NCBI GenBank assembly: GCA_028534125.1
Contig: CM052836.1
Span: 868,001 to 932,000, forward strand
Direction of reading: 5' to 3'
Source of the DNA: Lama glama
Lineage: Eukaryota
Length of the DNA: 64,000 bases
Shown: piece after piece, positions 62,201 through 64,000 of the stretch
Numbering within the stretch: the first letter of the stretch is position 1
How the letters are laid out: each line of letters opens with the position of its first letter
Translations under genes and position numbers: made by a program
The notes under the pieces: generated by a model
What the model was told of the DNA's origin: nothing
What the model saw: the letters and a program-made list of their open reading frames with translations, nothing else
Database searches by the model: none

Positions 62201-64000
62201 CTGCTGGGATCAACGCCGGGTCTGATGAAGTGCCCAGCGACCTCCTTCTCACCACCTGCTAGTGGGGCAGCGTGCCCCTTCTGGGAGCCTGGCCTGACCT
62301 CACCCTTTCCCGGCCCCCTGAAGTCTCCAAGGTTTCGCGAACCCCCAGGCCCTGGTGCAGCCCTGCTGGCCACGTGACCTGCACAAACGTGTGGACGAAC
62401 CATGTGGGCTCTCCGCACACTTGCTTCTCTGCTTCTGAGCAAATCTGACTTTGGATGAGAACGTTCCAGAACAAGACCCCCAGCATTGTCTTCTCAGGGT
62501 GAGGGGCCAGGTGCCTTCTGCTCCCTCAAGCCAACTGTCTGCTAAGTGTTCACCGTGTCTACACCCCTGGTGACACGCATTTACACTAACCCACGGGTCT
62601 GAGGACCTGGGTGCCCTCAGAAGCCTGCTCTAAACCCTTTGCCGTAGAGGAAGAAGTGACAAGCCAGGGAGGGTGGCTCGCCTGGACGCTGTCTGGAGAA
62701 AGAGGCACAGTTCCCCATGAACCAGCCAGGATTTCCCCACTTGTCGGAGTCAGGGTGCTCCCCCACCAGGCCTGGCCGTAGATCCCCAGGCTGCGGGTGC
62801 CCTCCCAGGGCATCTGAGGCCGCTTTCCTGAATCCCACAAGCTGCTGTGGGCCAGAGTTAGAGTTTAAAAGCAAAGCTGTTCTTAAATGACCAACAGTGG
62901 CCCAAGAGCCTCTTCCCTTCCGAGGCCTCCTTCCTTTCCATGCTGGACCTCCCAGAGCCAGACCTTCGGGCCAGTGAAACTGAGACGGCAAAGTTAGTGC
63001 AGAGGGTGTGGGTAGGGGTGGGCGGGAGCTCATGCGCTCTGCCTCTGTGGGAGGGGGTCCTGACCGGGAGTCTGGAATCCGATAGACTCCGGGCTGAGTC
63101 TTGGCTCTGATGCTTCCAGGGTGCAGTGGGGAGCACTGTCCCGCCTTTCCCAGGTGAGGATACCTCCACGGGTTGCTGAGCATCCAAGAGAGAATCCTGG
63201 ATACATCCAGCAGCACCGTGTGCCCTGCGTTCACTGTTGACGACTGTTACGGGGAAGGTAGGGGGAGATTACCTTTCCGAGCTCTCTTCCAGGGGGAGAA
63301 GTCAGTGAATCTGCCTTTCCCATCCCATTTGGATGAACAATCAATGGGAGGAGATCAGGGCAGGGCTGTTTCCACAGCACCCCAGGCCCTGAGAAGGGAC
63401 CATGCTTTAGCATCCAGAAGAGCAAGAATCGCAGAGTTAGGGGGACTCTCCTGCGCTCCTCCCCAGCCGGGCACATCTAGAACATGGTGCCCTTGCTTGG
63501 GGTCTAAGGACAGCCACCAGCAGGCCGTGGGAGGGTGGTTGACACATGGGGCACCTTCAGCCTGGAAGATCAATGTGTAGAGGACAAGACGGCGGAATCC
63601 AAATATTTGCAAAACTGTCCGGCAAGAAGGATTACCCTGTGGGGTTATGAAGGGCAGAACGAGGACAGATGGGTGGAAATTAGATTAAAGAGGAGATTTC
63701 CTCCCACTTGTGAGCGCTTTCTGGCAGGCCTGCCTGCCAGCGGAGCCGGCCCCCGCCGGAGGAGCATGTCTGACAGCGCCAGCGTCTAGACAGGTTCTGG
63801 GGCCACGGCGGGACCCGCTGGAGGGGGCCTGCCGCAGGGGTGACCCCTGAAACGTCCCCCAGCTGTTAGACATTGCCACGCCGTCTTTAGTGAGGTACCG
63901 GGCAGTGCACCGCACGCAGGGCAGAGCGCAGGGCGTCCGGGCAAAGCAGAGACCCACTTAGCACCCCAACCTGGGGCCAGGGCTTTTGGCTTCAGCACCT

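Noticed and set aside
61103-62442. Several overlapping 270-389 aa ORFs on both strands
   Set aside because: Caused by stop-codon scarcity in the CpG island; low-complexity translations.
1-64000. A novel multi-gene biological system
   Set aside because: All credible coding signal belongs to SEMA4D; I found no second gene, structured RNA gene or array.

Overview
This is mammalian genomic DNA, very likely from a camelid (Camelus/Vicugna/Lama), judged by six copies of a tRNA-Ala-derived vic-1-like SINE. The window holds the 5' part of SEMA4D (semaphorin-4D/CD100) on the minus strand. A CpG-island promoter and non-coding exon 1 lie at about 61.2-62.2 kb, and a probable 72-nt 5'UTR exon lies at 30935-31006. 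Eleven coding exons run from the ATG at 14514 down to 495, all GT-AG and phase-consistent. They give 1440 nt (480 aa), covering the signal peptide and most of the Sema domain; the rest of the gene lies beyond position 1. The remainder is GC- and CpG-rich intron with old L1, L2, MIR and LTR remnants (several nested) and two assembly gaps. Nearly all ORFs in the supplied track are artefacts of high GC. I see no support for a new multi-gene system. The most interesting signals are post-transcriptional: two uORFs in front of a weak-Kozak start, an in-frame competing splice donor, a G-quadruplex/C-tract switch in an 88-nt intron, and SINE-borne cryptic splice sites. Repeat family names and comparisons with human SEMA4D are from memory and need RepeatMasker/BLAST confirmation.
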